DNA of 64,000 nt from contig NC_042997.1 of the NCBI RefSeq assembly GCF_006345805.1, forward strand, positions 85,374,001-85,438,000, given 5' to 3'. The stretch comes from Octopus sinensis (Eukaryota). The position numbers were made by a program, and so were the translations under genes. The notes beneath the pieces are model-generated. The model was not told the origin of the DNA and made no database searches. It saw only the letters and a program-made list of their open reading frames with translations. Every line of letters starts with the position of its first letter. The stretch's first letter is position 1. Positions 25,700-38,329 of the stretch are shown here, in pieces.

Positions 25700-27100
25700 T
25701 GAAACTATTTCATTTGATTTACACATTGGTTTATACATATAAAGAAAAATTATGTAAATCCACCCAATACTTAATTAATGAGTTTACCTCCTGCCATTTC
25801 GTCTGATCACTTGAAGTTACTTGAGTATACGTTGAGAATTTTTAAGAAATATATTGAGGGCAGTTAGATTGTAGGATATCATCCATATCCAGAAGATATT
25901 GCAATACGTTGGCAATGAAGATAAGGAACATATTAGATTACTTTTTAAAAAGCTAATACAAACCCGCTAGACTGTCAAGTAGTTGAGAGAAAGCAACTTA
26001 CAAGCTACACCAGAATTTCAAAGAAATGTCAGTTAACTACGACAAACTCAGAAATACCAATAAAGAGGGGAATAGAATAAAGATTAATATGAAGATGAGA
26101 TTTGAAAGGAACTAAAGTAAATAAAGAACGGGGGTATGCTCGTTTTAATGGAGGCACAGAATCAATTGGAGCCCACCTCAATATTTGGTTCTCTACGATA
26201 AACATAAATTAAAATTTAATTAAGTTAAATTTGGTACAATAATTTTTTTAAATGAGTAACTGTTCTATGCAACGTCAAATGATCTGAAATACCATATTCA
26301 TAAACTTAACAATAGGAAGCTGAATCTCGCAATCACAAATACTAAAATTATTATCCGAGATAGCGTGGCTCCAACAACCATAATGGCGGAAGACATAAAG
26401 CAGTTCAAATGATATTGATATAAGTAGAAATATCAACTTTAATATAAATAATATAAATAACGACGATAATGCTGTAAGTACTAATAATAACACTGAGAAT
26501 AGAAGTAATGAGAACAAAGAATATAAAAATAGTAACAATAGCAACAACAATAATGCCACTAAGAATAAAAGTATACAAATTAGTACAAATAGTAACCTGA
26601 TTGCGAATAGTGATATGAAAAAATGCAATTGTAGAGATAAGAAAGCATGTCTTTTAGCAAACAAGTGTTTACGTAGAAACATTGTATACAAATGTACTAC
26701 TAGAACAAGTGCACATGTATATGCATATATATAGTGGAACGAGCGATATTTTTAAGAACCACCGGAAGAATCACTCAGCATCATTTAAGAATGTTAACAA
26801 AAGACAATGCACATCGCTCACAGACCTAATACGGGATTTCAAAAAGAAAAAGATACAATACAGCACAATTTAGTCAATAATACGAAATGCTTACTCATTA
26901 TAATGTATACTGAAAAGCATGTAGCCTTTGCGTAGAAGAAACACTTGAATAATATTATGCAATGATAACATCATCAACAAGCACTCTGAAATTGTTCTAA
27001 AATGTAACCATAGACTCAAAACTCGTTTTTGGAACCTGGAAGAAACATGTGATATTTGACATTATATCAATCCTTTATTTACTGAAAAAGTGCTTACTGA
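25700..27100 (+). mobile_element. Penelope-like retroelement relic (Neptune type): RT thumb, linker and C-terminal GIY-YIG endonuclease
   Basis: 26626-27030 translates (with frameshifts) to CNCRDKKACLLANKCLRRNIVYKCT..YIYSGTS..FKNHRKNHSASF..TSLTDLIRDFK..KACSLCVEE..NKHSEIVLKCNH, matching the PLE CxC linker and endonuclease pattern. NWSPPQY near 26165 resembles the thumb motif WFNPPY. Confidence 0.75.
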
Positions 27101-27323
27101 GGATTTTTAAAGTCATTATGTGTATGCTTATATTATTGTTCATCTAGATTATATAACTTCATAATAATATGTGTGTGTGTGTTTGTAAAGTTATTTTGTT
27201 AAAAGTGAAGCAATTATAAGATAGGTCTATTCACCATGACGTACGTATGTACGTGCAAAACCTCGTTATAGAATGAATATTGCAGGTATTTCTACAGTTG
27301 CATTAATATATATGAATGGAAAA

Positions 27324-27520
27324 AGCGGCGAGCTGGCAGAAACGTTAAGTCACGCCGGGCGAAATGCTTAGCAGTATTTCGTCTGTCATTACGTTCTGAG
27401 GTCTACTTTGCCTTTCATCCTTTCGAGGTCGATAAATTAAGTACCAGTTGGGTACTGGGGTCGATCTTATCAACTGGTCTCCTCCACCGAAATTTCGGGT
27501 CTTCTGCCTACAGTAGAAAG
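27324..27520 (+). mobile_element. SINE family A
   Basis: Matches the family consensus. Confidence 0.8.
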
Positions 27521-28407
27521 GAAAATATATGAACGGAGATATCACGATATATAGAAACAAGTAGGTCGGAACGAACAAACTTAATAAAGTTATCCACAAA
27601 GTATTTTTTTTTCTTTTCTTATGTATATAAACTCAAGAATCTGAATAGACAGATATAAATATGCGGGGAAAATATTTATATCTGAATGTACTTGGAGGTT
27701 TTTAGTAGAGTAGCATGGAAAGATACACATTCATGAGAGTAAAAACTGTGAGTGTATGTTTACAAGTTTATATGTTTGTGTGTGTGTGTACATTAGTGTC
27801 AAATAAATGAATATGTATGCATGTATGTATGCATGCATGCGTATATGTATATTGGTGTGTGTGAGTAAATCTTCTTGATTTAATAGCTTCTCTTAATGAA
27901 TTGTAAAGCAACTGTGACAAAATCTGGCGACAGTAATGCTATAGACAAAATTAAGTTTGTAAGCAGACAGGTTTTGGTTTCCTGCTGTGCTAACGAACTG
28001 ACCATATGCCACTGATTTCCTTTTGAAGTGGAGTGGTAACAGATACAAGAGACAAGTAATTGTTCATGACAAGTAATTGTTCTGTTTACGACATTACTAC
28101 CTTAGAATTTTTTTTTCTATAAGTCGAGAGAAGAAAGACGAGAATTAGGGGTTTGTTTATTTGATATTTTATATATTTTTTATTTCCATCAATTTAATTT
28201 TGGTATTTTCCTTATGGAAAATCCTCTTGGGATTTCTATGTTCTTCTTTGTCAATGGAATGCTAAAAAGAGCATAAGGGTGTAAAACAAAGAGAAACTAA
28301 AGATGATATAACAGTGCTCTAGATCCTACTCACCTGAAGACGTGCAAGTGCACAACTATACTCAATGATCATATTAATGCAATAAAGTGTAAAATATTTA
28401 TACTTTT

Positions 28408-28808
28408 ATACTTTTACTTGTTTCAGGCATTTGACTGCAGTCATACTGGAGTACCGCCTTTAGCCGATCAAATCGACCCCAGGACTTATTCTTTGTAAGT
28501 CTAGTACTTATTCTATCGGTCTCTTTTGCCGAACCGCTAAGTTACGGGGACGTAAACACACCAGCATCGGTTGTCAAGCGATTTTGGGGGAACAAACACA
28601 GACACAAACATATACACACACATACATATATATACATATTTATATATACGACGGGCTTCTTTCAGTTTCCGTCTACCAAATCCACTCACAAGACCTGGGT
28701 CGGCCCGAGGATATAGTAGAAGACACTTGCCCAAGATGCCACGCAGTGGGACTGAACCCGGAACCAAATGGTTGGTAAGCAAGCTACTTACCACACAGCC
28801 ACTCCTGC
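28408..28808 (-). mobile_element. SINE family B, full length
   Basis: Matches the family consensus. Confidence 0.85.
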
Positions 28809-28909
28809 GCTTATTGTAGATATCATTTTTACCTTAATTTCTGAAGGTGAGTTTGGATAAAGCAATGCAACTTTTGTGTCGCTGGAACTGTCCTTGCATT
28901 TCTAAATCC

Positions 28910-29720
28910 CTCTCAATACATTTTTCCTTCGTTCTGCATTTCATCATTTGAGGAGTAGATAAAATTAATTCCAGGAATGTTTTGTTCACCATAATCATAA
29001 AGTTGTCTTGGTGTCAGGATTTGTTCATTGAAAGGATGTTGTAAACTTGCCTGGGCTGCCTTTCGTTTAATTGTACCTCCTAAGCTATCACAAGGTCCCT
29101 TGCCATGAGAAGTAGCAAAGAAGTACCAGTTTGGAAATCTATAGAATGGTAGCATAAATTTATAAAATTTTCACAATTTTTATATTGCAAAGCAGCACCA
29201 TCTGAAATTTAGGCAATTTTGTTGATATTAAAGACTTTCCCCCTAAGAAAATCTACCAGGTTTTGTTTTTGGCGGGGGTGGGGGTGTTAGACTGCTACTG
29301 AATCATGCTTCATACAGTCGGATATGACAACATTGATGTTAGTCACGTCATTGTTTGGTTTATAATAACATACAAACGGATGGATAGTAGCTTGGGCATT
29401 GTCCCAGTGAAATCCTTATGCAGCATCTTGCAAAATGAATGAATAATTCTCTGAAAAATCTGTCATGACAAATTTTTTCTCCTTCACTTAAAGATTCTTT
29501 TCTTGAAATACAAAATTTAGATTGTTCCTTTGCAGTTACATCATGTACATTGAAATAATAAAAATGCTTATTTTGATTATCAGCACTTTGCTCTCTCCTT
29601 CAATCTCAAATTGTCTTGCTTAGTAAGCGCTTTTTTTATAATTTGTCACTACTTTTCACTATAATTATATTTAGTAAAAATACTTCTCATTGAAATCCAA
29701 GTATGATTGTTTTATGAGTT
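28910..29720 (-). mobile_element. DDD-type DNA transposase relic, superfamily uncertain (possibly Sola-related)
   Basis: Frameshifted translation: AKEQSKF..RKESLSEGE..DFSENYSFILQDA*GFHWDNAQATIHPFV..ISDCMKHD, then SDGAALQYKN..FINLCYH, then WYFFATSHGKGPCDSLGGTIKR..QILTPRQLY. Confidence 0.65.
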
Positions 29721-30140
29721 GTGACTAAGTAGGACAATATTTGGAAAAGACTTTTTAAAAATTCGATGACCTTGTCTTTTGACAAAGGTCAAATTTTAGG
29801 CCAACCTGTTTTTACTCTTATTGTAAGGAAAAATTCACTAAAGAAAGTTATATGTATTAAAATGAAAAACAAAATTGAGTTTTTGAGCTCAATGTGTTGG
29901 CCAGCAAAGCATTGTATCTTACACTGTTGATCGTGGATTTTTGTGGTTTTCGTCACTGTTTACAATTTTGTTCTAATTGTTTTCAGATTTGGTATATGAA
30001 TTAAGTTTTGTATACTAATTATGGAAGTGAAATTCATTTTTCCTATAAATCCATACTTAAAAAGTTATTAGCCTTTAGAATTTGCAAAGTTTGGGCATTT
30101 TAGCCAATCAGAAGGGAGTATTTTACACATCTGTGGCTTT

Positions 30141-30560
30141 TACACGCAGAAGTGGCTGTGTGGTAAGTAGCTTGCTAACCAACCACATGGTTCCGGGTTC
30201 AGTCCCACTGCGTGGCATCTTGGGCAAGTGTCTTCTGCTATAGCCTCGGGCCGACCAAAACCTTGTGAGTGGATTTGGTAGACGGAAACTGAAAAAGAAG
30301 CCCGTCGTATATATGTATATATATATATGCGTGTGTGTGTTTGTGTGTCTGTGTTTGTCCCCCTAGCATTGCTTGACAACCGATGCTGGTGTGTTTATGT
30401 CTCCGTTACTTAGCGGTTCGGCAAAAGAGACCGATAGAATAAGTACTGGGCTTACAAAAGAATAAGTCCCGGGGTCGAGTTGCTCGATTAAAGGCGGTGC
30501 TCCAGCATGGCCGCAGTCAGATGACTGAAACAAGTAAAAGAGTAAAAAAGAGTAAAGAGT
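30141..30560 (+). mobile_element. SINE family B, full length
   Basis: Reference-quality copy from the tRNA head to the (gtaaaaga) tail. Confidence 0.85.
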
Positions 30561-31540
30561 AAAGAGAGTATCTCTGTGACGAAGAACTCTGTTTCCATAG
30601 TACCCAAAGATGCTGTGCATACGCACAAGGTGTGTAACCACCACGTGTTCTATAATTCTTTACTTTTATAACAAGGATTTCGATTCTAGAACGATGGCCA
30701 CAGCTTTAAACCTTTCCTATGTGGAGACGGAGATACGGAAAAGAATTTATCTTATAAAATCCTAGAGTGTATTGCAAACTTTCGTTCTCGAATGTTTGAC
30801 TGTTATATCTAGCAACTCCTGTTGGTTTGTTCGTAGCTTTTAAAAATTTAATTTGCTCGCGAATGTTTTAATGATAACTTTGCTCTTGAATATTTTAATG
30901 TTTTGACTGTTATTTCTAGCAACTCCTGTTGATTTGTACATAGCTTTTAAATATCTAATTTACTCACGATTGTTTTCATGTTTTTCAGCTTGCTGCAGCT
31001 AGTTTAATGTTTTGATAAGCCGATGCGACCCGCTCCTTGATGATGAAAGAGGTAGCGAAGGCGCTGTTTTCTGATTGGTTGAAAATTCTGAAAATTATCA
31101 AACTTTGAACACCTAACATTTTTGCGAAATTATTCTGGAATGGATGAATAACAAATTCGGATTCAGCGTCAAAAATTACCTCTATATGATACATTAATTT
31201 TTTTAAAAACATAATTGTAAACAGTGACGAAAACCACAAAGATCCCTGATCATACACCCGTTTTCCAGAGAAATCGGATCACTACTTTTTGTTCTTCTTT
31301 GGTGCACATTGTTAGTGGCGTGGCCATGCTTACATTGTTGTAAAACCATAAAGAAAAATAGCTCAAACTTCGATCACATGGCCACAATAGCACCAACTAT
31401 AAGCACGCATGCGCAGAAGGCAGTGTGACAATAATAAAGATATGTTGTGGCGAAAGTGCGGATAATTTTTGACTTCCTCTCGCATATATATATATAAGAA
31501 ACTTTTGATTGAACATGGTGTGTGTGTGTGTGTATATATA

Positions 31541-31623
<83 letters not shown>

Positions 31624-32600
31624 CACCATGTTCAATCAAAAGTTTCTTCAGATTTTCTCTAATGATTTTTGGTAATTTGTATCTCCACGTTATATTATTA
31701 ATTTGATACAAATTGTTGTCCTGCCGTTACTGAATTTTTATTTTTTAATGTATATCTTTGATAATGAGTAGTGAAAAAAATGCACTTAGAGCCATTTTAC
31801 ACTATCTGTGGAAAAAAGGACCAAGTGCAAGGGCAGCAGCAAAAGAAATTAATGAGTTGGACGTCCCAGGAACTGTCGAAGAACGTGTAGCACAAAAGTG
31901 GTTCAGAAGTTTCAAGGATGGTGTCACCAACCTCGAAGACAAACCAAGGACAGCAAGATCTGTTGTGGAAGATGAGACTTTCCTTGAAATAGTCGAACAG
32001 CTAAGCACAAGCACATGTACATAGTCGGCAGAACTTAGTACTTCACAAAGCATCATCAAGCGACACCTCCATAAGCTCGGCCTAGTGAACAGACGCTGCT
32101 GATAAGCTCCTCCTGAACTGACCAATGACCAGGTTCAACGATGTGTGAACATTTATAAATAACTGACAAATCTTCGAGACGCCCGTTTTTCGAAATGAAA
32201 AATGGATCTATTTTCGTAATCCTAACAAAAGAAATCAGTGGCTTCGCTCCGGCCAGGCTTCAGAACTTGTTGTCATAACTTGGCGGTTTGAACAGAAGGT
32301 TATGTTGTGTTTTTGGCGAAATTTCGAAGGGTGTTGCACTTTGAGCTTCTCCCAGATAGGCAGTCTGTGAATGTTAACCTTTATGCTTAACAACTGCAGC
32401 GAGTATATGATGCTTTGAAAGTCCGCTGTTCGGAATTGGCCCATCAAATACACGCTCCTATTGTATGAAAACGCCCCAGCACACATTGCAAATGTGACCA
32501 GGCACGAATTTGAGGAACTTGAGGGGCTAGAATTGCTACCTGCTTACAGTCTAGATTTGCACCGTCATATTACCACCTTTTCCGAGCCATGGCTCATTTC
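31624..32600 (+). mobile_element. Mariner (DD34D) transposon relic, 3' end missing
   Basis: The HTH region reads LRAILHYLWKKGPSARAAAKEIN..VAQKWFRSFKDGVTNLEDKPR; then EKWIYFRNP, YENAPAH and PAYSLDL. The putative left TIR TA|caccatgttcaatcaaaagtttc starts at 31624. Confidence 0.85.
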
Positions 32601-34309
32601 CCACACGACAAGAATGAATCTGATCAAAAGTCTGTTCAATCAGGGCTCAACTTGGACAAATTAATACACTATAAACAAGGGAAGGGGAGCCTGTATGTGG
32701 TCACTGGCCAAGTGAAGAATAGCAGCCAAATCTCTCTCAAATGAAATTTCATCATCTAGTGGAAAGAAAGGATGCATTGGATAATGTAGCTCTACATATC
32801 CCTAAAAAGATGATGTTGACATGGTTGGAACGCTTTTTTCAGCACAGATTAGGTCAGATAATATTAACCTGGGCTAAACAACAACTCACCACTGTGTTCT
32901 TTTATTTCTGATTGTTTGTCAATAGTTTTCCAAAGTGTCGGCTCTGCTAAACACATTCAAGACAATAGTTTTAAAGGGAGATAATTAGTTCACGAGAAAG
33001 GAGTGGAGCTGGTTAGAGTAAATAACATAGTAACATAGTTACAAAGAGCTACTTTATTGACTGCCTTTTAAATATGCTTTCCATTGTAAACAAATTGCTT
33101 TAGAATAACGAAAGCAATCTCAACTGCATTATGAAGATTTATAAGGTTATGATATTTATTTTGATGCGAATTTGCTGTAAACATGACATTGAGTGCTGCC
33201 ACCTGATCAAAACTTGAAAGGGTTTTTAAGAATAGAGATCAATAAATTAATAAGATCGATATTACCAAAGTAGATAAATACAAAATTCAATATTGCAACT
33301 TACCCATTGTTGCTTATTGCTTATAGTGTTGTACTTGCAGTAACACTGACTACAAATCTGGACACTTTGCATGGAGGTCATTCGACCATAAAATGGGAGC
33401 GGTACTTACTTTCATATATTCAAACTGTGCAAAGTGCAATAATGAATTTTGGATCATATATGTTACACTATGTAAGAAGGCCAACTAGAGACCTTCTAAA
33501 GGCGGTCACCTGATCTGCTAGAAATAACAGTCAAAACTTCCTGCAATCACAGCTTGCTGTCTTAAAAATGGAAAGAACATTAGATAGTGTAGTTCTAGAT
33601 ACCTATAAAAAGACGGGTTGTTCGTTGCTGGAATGTGTGTGACCATAGACAGGCTCGACCGGGGTTGCTCTGTAGTTAAAAAGCAAAAACGACAAATACA
33701 AAAAATGACGACAATTCAATGTAAAAATAAAAATTAATTGTTGCTCAAGCCCAGTGATTAACTACGAGTGCCAGTAATTAACTCCTAAGTCAGCAATTAA
33801 TTGCTATGGCCTGTGATTAATACTTTAGAAAAGACGCAGTACCTGTGATGTTAACATTTCTCGAATATTTGCTTCTTATTGCTGACAGCTAAATAAGCGA
33901 AGTCTCTATAATTAACTATATCACCAAAATTAAAGCTTTCAAAACTTACAACATTGAACATTTTTATAGATATAGTTTTCTGTGACGCATTGAGTTTTGC
34001 TAACGACTCAAAATTCACAAATTAACAAATAAGCAATTAAATGCTTACAGGCAGTCTGACTTTCTATTAAATATGTTTCTTTTTTTCAACCTAAAATTTA
34101 TATACTTTTCTTTATAGCTTTATTTACTTCGAGTTCAACTGTTAAAAACGACTTACTAAACAATTACCACCATTCGCGTGCCTCATTCTCCGTAGAGCTG
34201 TTAGATCTCAATACACTTTACTGTCAATAATTCTTAGAAATTTATCAGATTTGATTTAAAGATCATGACAGGACACATTTTAAACATTGACTCCAACGAT
34301 CAATTGCTA

Positions 34310-34567
34310 TTTATTTTATCGACCACGAAAGGCAAAGTCTACCTCGGCAGCTTTTGAACTCAGATCATAAAAAGCTGGAAGAAATACCGTCAAGCATGCT
34401 GATTCTGACAGCTCGCCACCAGTGCTCAACAGGTATTTATTTAATAAATCCCGAAAAAATGAAAGGCAAAGTCGACCTCGCCGGAAATTGAACTCGGAGG
34501 GCAAAGACAGATTAAATGCTGCTAAACATTTTTGCCGCTGTGCTAACGATTCTGCCAGCCCACCGCC

Positions 34568-34654
<87 letters not shown>

Positions 34655-35133
34655 GTGATGGTAGTGGTGGTGATGATGATGATGATGATGATGATGATCC
34701 TTTCTACTATAGGCACAAGGCCTGAAAATTCAGGGGAGGGGACTAGTCAATTACATCGACCCCAGTGTTTCATTTGTACTTAATTTATCGACCTCAGAAA
34801 GATGAAAGGCAAAGTCAACCTTGGTGGAATTTGAACTCAGAATGTGAAGATGGGATGAAATACAGCTAAACATTCTGCTCACCAGGGTGCTAAGGATTCT
34901 GCCAGCTCACTGCATTAATAATAATAATCCTTTTTACTATAGGCACAAGGCCTGAAATTTAGGAGAGGGGGATAGTCGATTATATCAACTCCAGTACCCA
35001 GCTGGTACTTATTTTACCGACCCCGAATGGATGAAAGACAAGGTTGAGCACAGCGGAAAATGAACGTAAAAACGGACGAAATACCGCTATGCGTCTTGCC
35101 CGGTATGTTAATACTTCTCACAACTTACCGCCA
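34310..35133 (-). mobile_element. Cluster of four SINE family A copies or fragments separated by (TAA)n/(GAT)n
   Basis: Consensus matches at about 34310-34420, 34430-34568, 34698-34913 and 34928-35133; (AAT)n(GAT)n at 34570-34697. Confidence 0.8.
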
Positions 35134-36082
35134 TAAGTGAAGTAAAAATTAATGAAAAGGAATATGTATTAATTTATGTTTGTATATTGCTTTGTTTGAT
35201 TTTTTTTTGCTATATACTTAGTTTTATTTTTTGCTTTCTTTTAAAGAAATATTAATTTAGTGAGTGTTTGTGAATATAGTAATGAGTTCGCTTGTACATA
35301 CACGTATTCCACCATTGCAGTCCGCATTGTGTGTTTGCTTTCATACGTATGCTCATGCGCGTGTGGCTATATCTGTATATGTAAGGAAGAAGTAAGCAAG
35401 GTTGGCAGTGTATATCTAGACTAATGCTCTAAATATTAATTATTGAATTTAAAAAAAAAAAGTAAATTATTTACAACTCGTTCTAAAAATGCATGAAAGA
35501 GATTCAACATATAATTCAATAAACATATAAATTCAACAAACATATAATTCAAAGTATTGAAGTCAACTTTAGTATTTTGAAGTTAGACAGTCACCATATC
35601 GTCTGCTTTTCAAGTTAGTACGAAATACAGAGTCATTAACTACATGTGCCGGGAGTACAGATCTGTGAAACATGAAATATTGTGTCACTAAAAGCAGAAT
35701 TAAAAGGTGTCTCCGTAAGTGTCATTGAAGAGAGAAAGTATGAACGTGTGTGGTTTGAGGTTACATTGAGTTAATTTTAAGCGGTATTATTCCGCGTGTA
35801 CGAAATAGCAATAAAGAATAAAAAATCATCGTGCGTGTGTGTGCGCGCGCACGTATAATATGTAGGTACTGGCGAGAAGTTCAAAACAGTGCTTAACGCG
35901 TGGGTGGGGACTGTTTTTGATTATTGCAGCTAACACCTCACGTTTAGTTATTCGATATTCACGTTCCCGAATATCAGGCAGTATTAAAAAGACAATACAT
36001 TGTATGTGTTATAATGTTTGCCTTTTTTCTTACACGCGTGGATGTACGTAAAACTCATTCGACAGTTTGTGTATGTATTTGT

Positions 36083-36119
<37 letters not shown>

Positions 36120-36194
36120 CAAAGAGAGACATATATACACACATACATACACATGCATGTTTGTGTGTATTCGTGTATATATGTGTGTATATAT

Positions 36195-36560
36195 ATATCT
36201 CTTATAAAAATCTGTTCTGTCTCTGTGTGTGTGTGTCTTCTAAGATCTCGGGCATCCTCCATCCGATTGCGCTCAAATTTTATATGTAGATACCGACGGT
36301 ATCAGGGCGTGTATAAGTTGAAAAATTACAAAAATCGATTCCAGGTGAGAATGCGATCGATAAAGCCGTGGGAAATCGTTTTTCTTTGGAATAGAAAAAA
36401 AGTCTATCGCTAGTTCTTCTTTTGCTGGTGTCTCCAATTTAGACTCAATCAGTGTTTCTCAAAGAGTGGGGGCTATGGAACGGTCGGACAAGTTGTTTTG
36501 AGAAAATTTGGTTTAAATGTTTGACAACTCAGCACCGTCCATCGGACGGAGGTGGGGCGT
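36195..36560 (+). mobile_element. Possible non-autonomous Helitron/Helentron-associated (DINE-like) element; related pieces at about 16030-16300 and 63008-63200
   Basis: Begins atctcttataaaa plus (TG/TC)n, followed by an ...ccgatt..ctcaaatttt core typical of such elements; no 3' hairpin confirmed. Confidence 0.3.
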
Positions 36561-36567
36561 TTTGCTC

Positions 36568-36606
<39 letters not shown>

Positions 36607-36829
36607 GGTGTGTATGTTCTTGTGTGTGTACATATATAATTATCAGTAACTTAATGCAATAAAGTGTTCCCTGATAATCCGTTATGGTTGAATATCAAAA
36701 TGCTTCTGGAACACCTATTGTTGGGCGCCAAACAACCACATGTGGTGAAACGCGCATAGAAAAAACAATACAAACTTGTGTTTATCCATATTTCTCCTAG
36801 ACGCACACACATATACATAGTACATACAT

Positions 36830-36939
<110 letters not shown>

Positions 36940-37344
36940 CAAGCGTACATACGCAGAGGCGCACGCACACACACCTGCATTCTACTTTAGTTGCGCAGTC
37001 AACTTCAGAGCTTCATTTTCTTTCCCCGATAAGACTGTCACCATTTCTTTTCAATCGAATGCTCTTTCCTTTGCTGTTGTGAACGATTATCATGTATTTG
37101 GCGTCTAACATGTTGTTTTGGATTTAGAAAACCTTGACAAAATGTCAGTGCTGCTACTTATTACAAGGCCAAACTATTTCTATTTTCTTCGAGTAATACT
37201 TCCGAAACAAAAGCATTACCATGTAAAGAGCTCTTCAAAATATTTCTACACCTGTCTCGTAACGATATATCCTTTCAAAATCTTATTGTTTTTACGTGTC
37301 TTCATATTCTGTGGTTGCGACTGGGAAAATAGGACTGTAGTTCA

Positions 37345-37398
<54 letters not shown>

Positions 37399-37403
37399 AT
37401 ATA

Positions 37404-37950
37404 CAGTAATGCCTCGATATACGAGTTAATTTGTTCCCGGAGACCGCTTATAAACCGAAAACTCGTAAATCAGACCAATAATAGTAGTAATGTTATAAAT
37501 CGTAATTCGTTCCCAGAAAAATATTTTACCTATAAAATTTATAATAATCGTAAATAAATGGCAATAAAACAACAGTAGAATGTAAAGAATATTTTATGTA
37601 AAGTAAAAAGAATGACAAGATCATTTACAATAAAAAATATTATTATAATCGTATTCTGAATCACCTTCACTCGCACTAGACTCACACACACCATTACTTG
37701 TAGATGCGATTGCCGATTCATAAGGAATCGTAGACGGAATTGTAGATTTCTTTTTAAAAAAGCAAGTCTAGAGTTGTTTGCTTAGAAGAAGCTTTTCTTC
37801 GCTCTCTATTAATGTCTCGGTAACACGCAGAAGCATTTGTTATGGTAGAAAGTTTTGCACTTCGTTCAAAATCTGGATCTTATGCTTGAAAAATAAAACT
37901 CGAAAAACCGGGTTTCGTAAAACGAGTCCTCGTAAAGTGAGATATTACTA
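37404..37950. mobile_element. Tigger/pogo-type MITE or deletion derivative (about 547 bp)
   Basis: Imperfect TIRs TA|cagtaatgcctcgatatacgag and ctcgtaaagtgagatattacta, with internal sub-terminal repeats (aaaactcg). Confidence 0.6.
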
Positions 37951-38329
37951 TGTATATGTGTGTGTGCGTATCTATGTATGTATGTATGTATGTATGTCAG
38001 TATACATGCAAACAGAAAGGCAGCAAAGACGAATAGTATTCAAAATATATAGATATTCATAGTAATAGGTCGAAACCAAGCTGTTATATTTAATTTATTT
38101 ATCCGTATAATTGCCTCCATTTCTGATCACCCTCATTCCTCTTATAGCCATTATTTACTTCGCGAAATTGGTCATCCGTAAAGTCATCGGAGTCTAAGTT
38201 CGAATCATTTGAGCGCTATTAAGTGTTTTCTATACCGAGAATCTCTGGACCTCATCTGTTGTCTATATATATGTGTGTGTGTGTGTGTGTATCCTTACTG
38301 GTACATGTATAATACACACACACACACAT

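Noticed and set aside
26275-26691. 138-aa hydrophobic ORF on the minus strand resembling a membrane protein
   Set aside because: It is the antisense shadow of the Asn-rich Penelope linker.
26620-27050. Naiad-type or selenocysteine-encoding Penelope element
   Set aside because: The endonuclease is C-terminal to the RT thumb (Naiads have it N-terminal), and the Cys positions I could read use TGT/TGC, not TGA.
28408-30560. Composite transposon: a transposase flanked by inverted SINE B copies
   Set aside because: SINEs are not transposase substrates, no outer TSD was seen, and the family is abundant enough for this arrangement to occur by chance.
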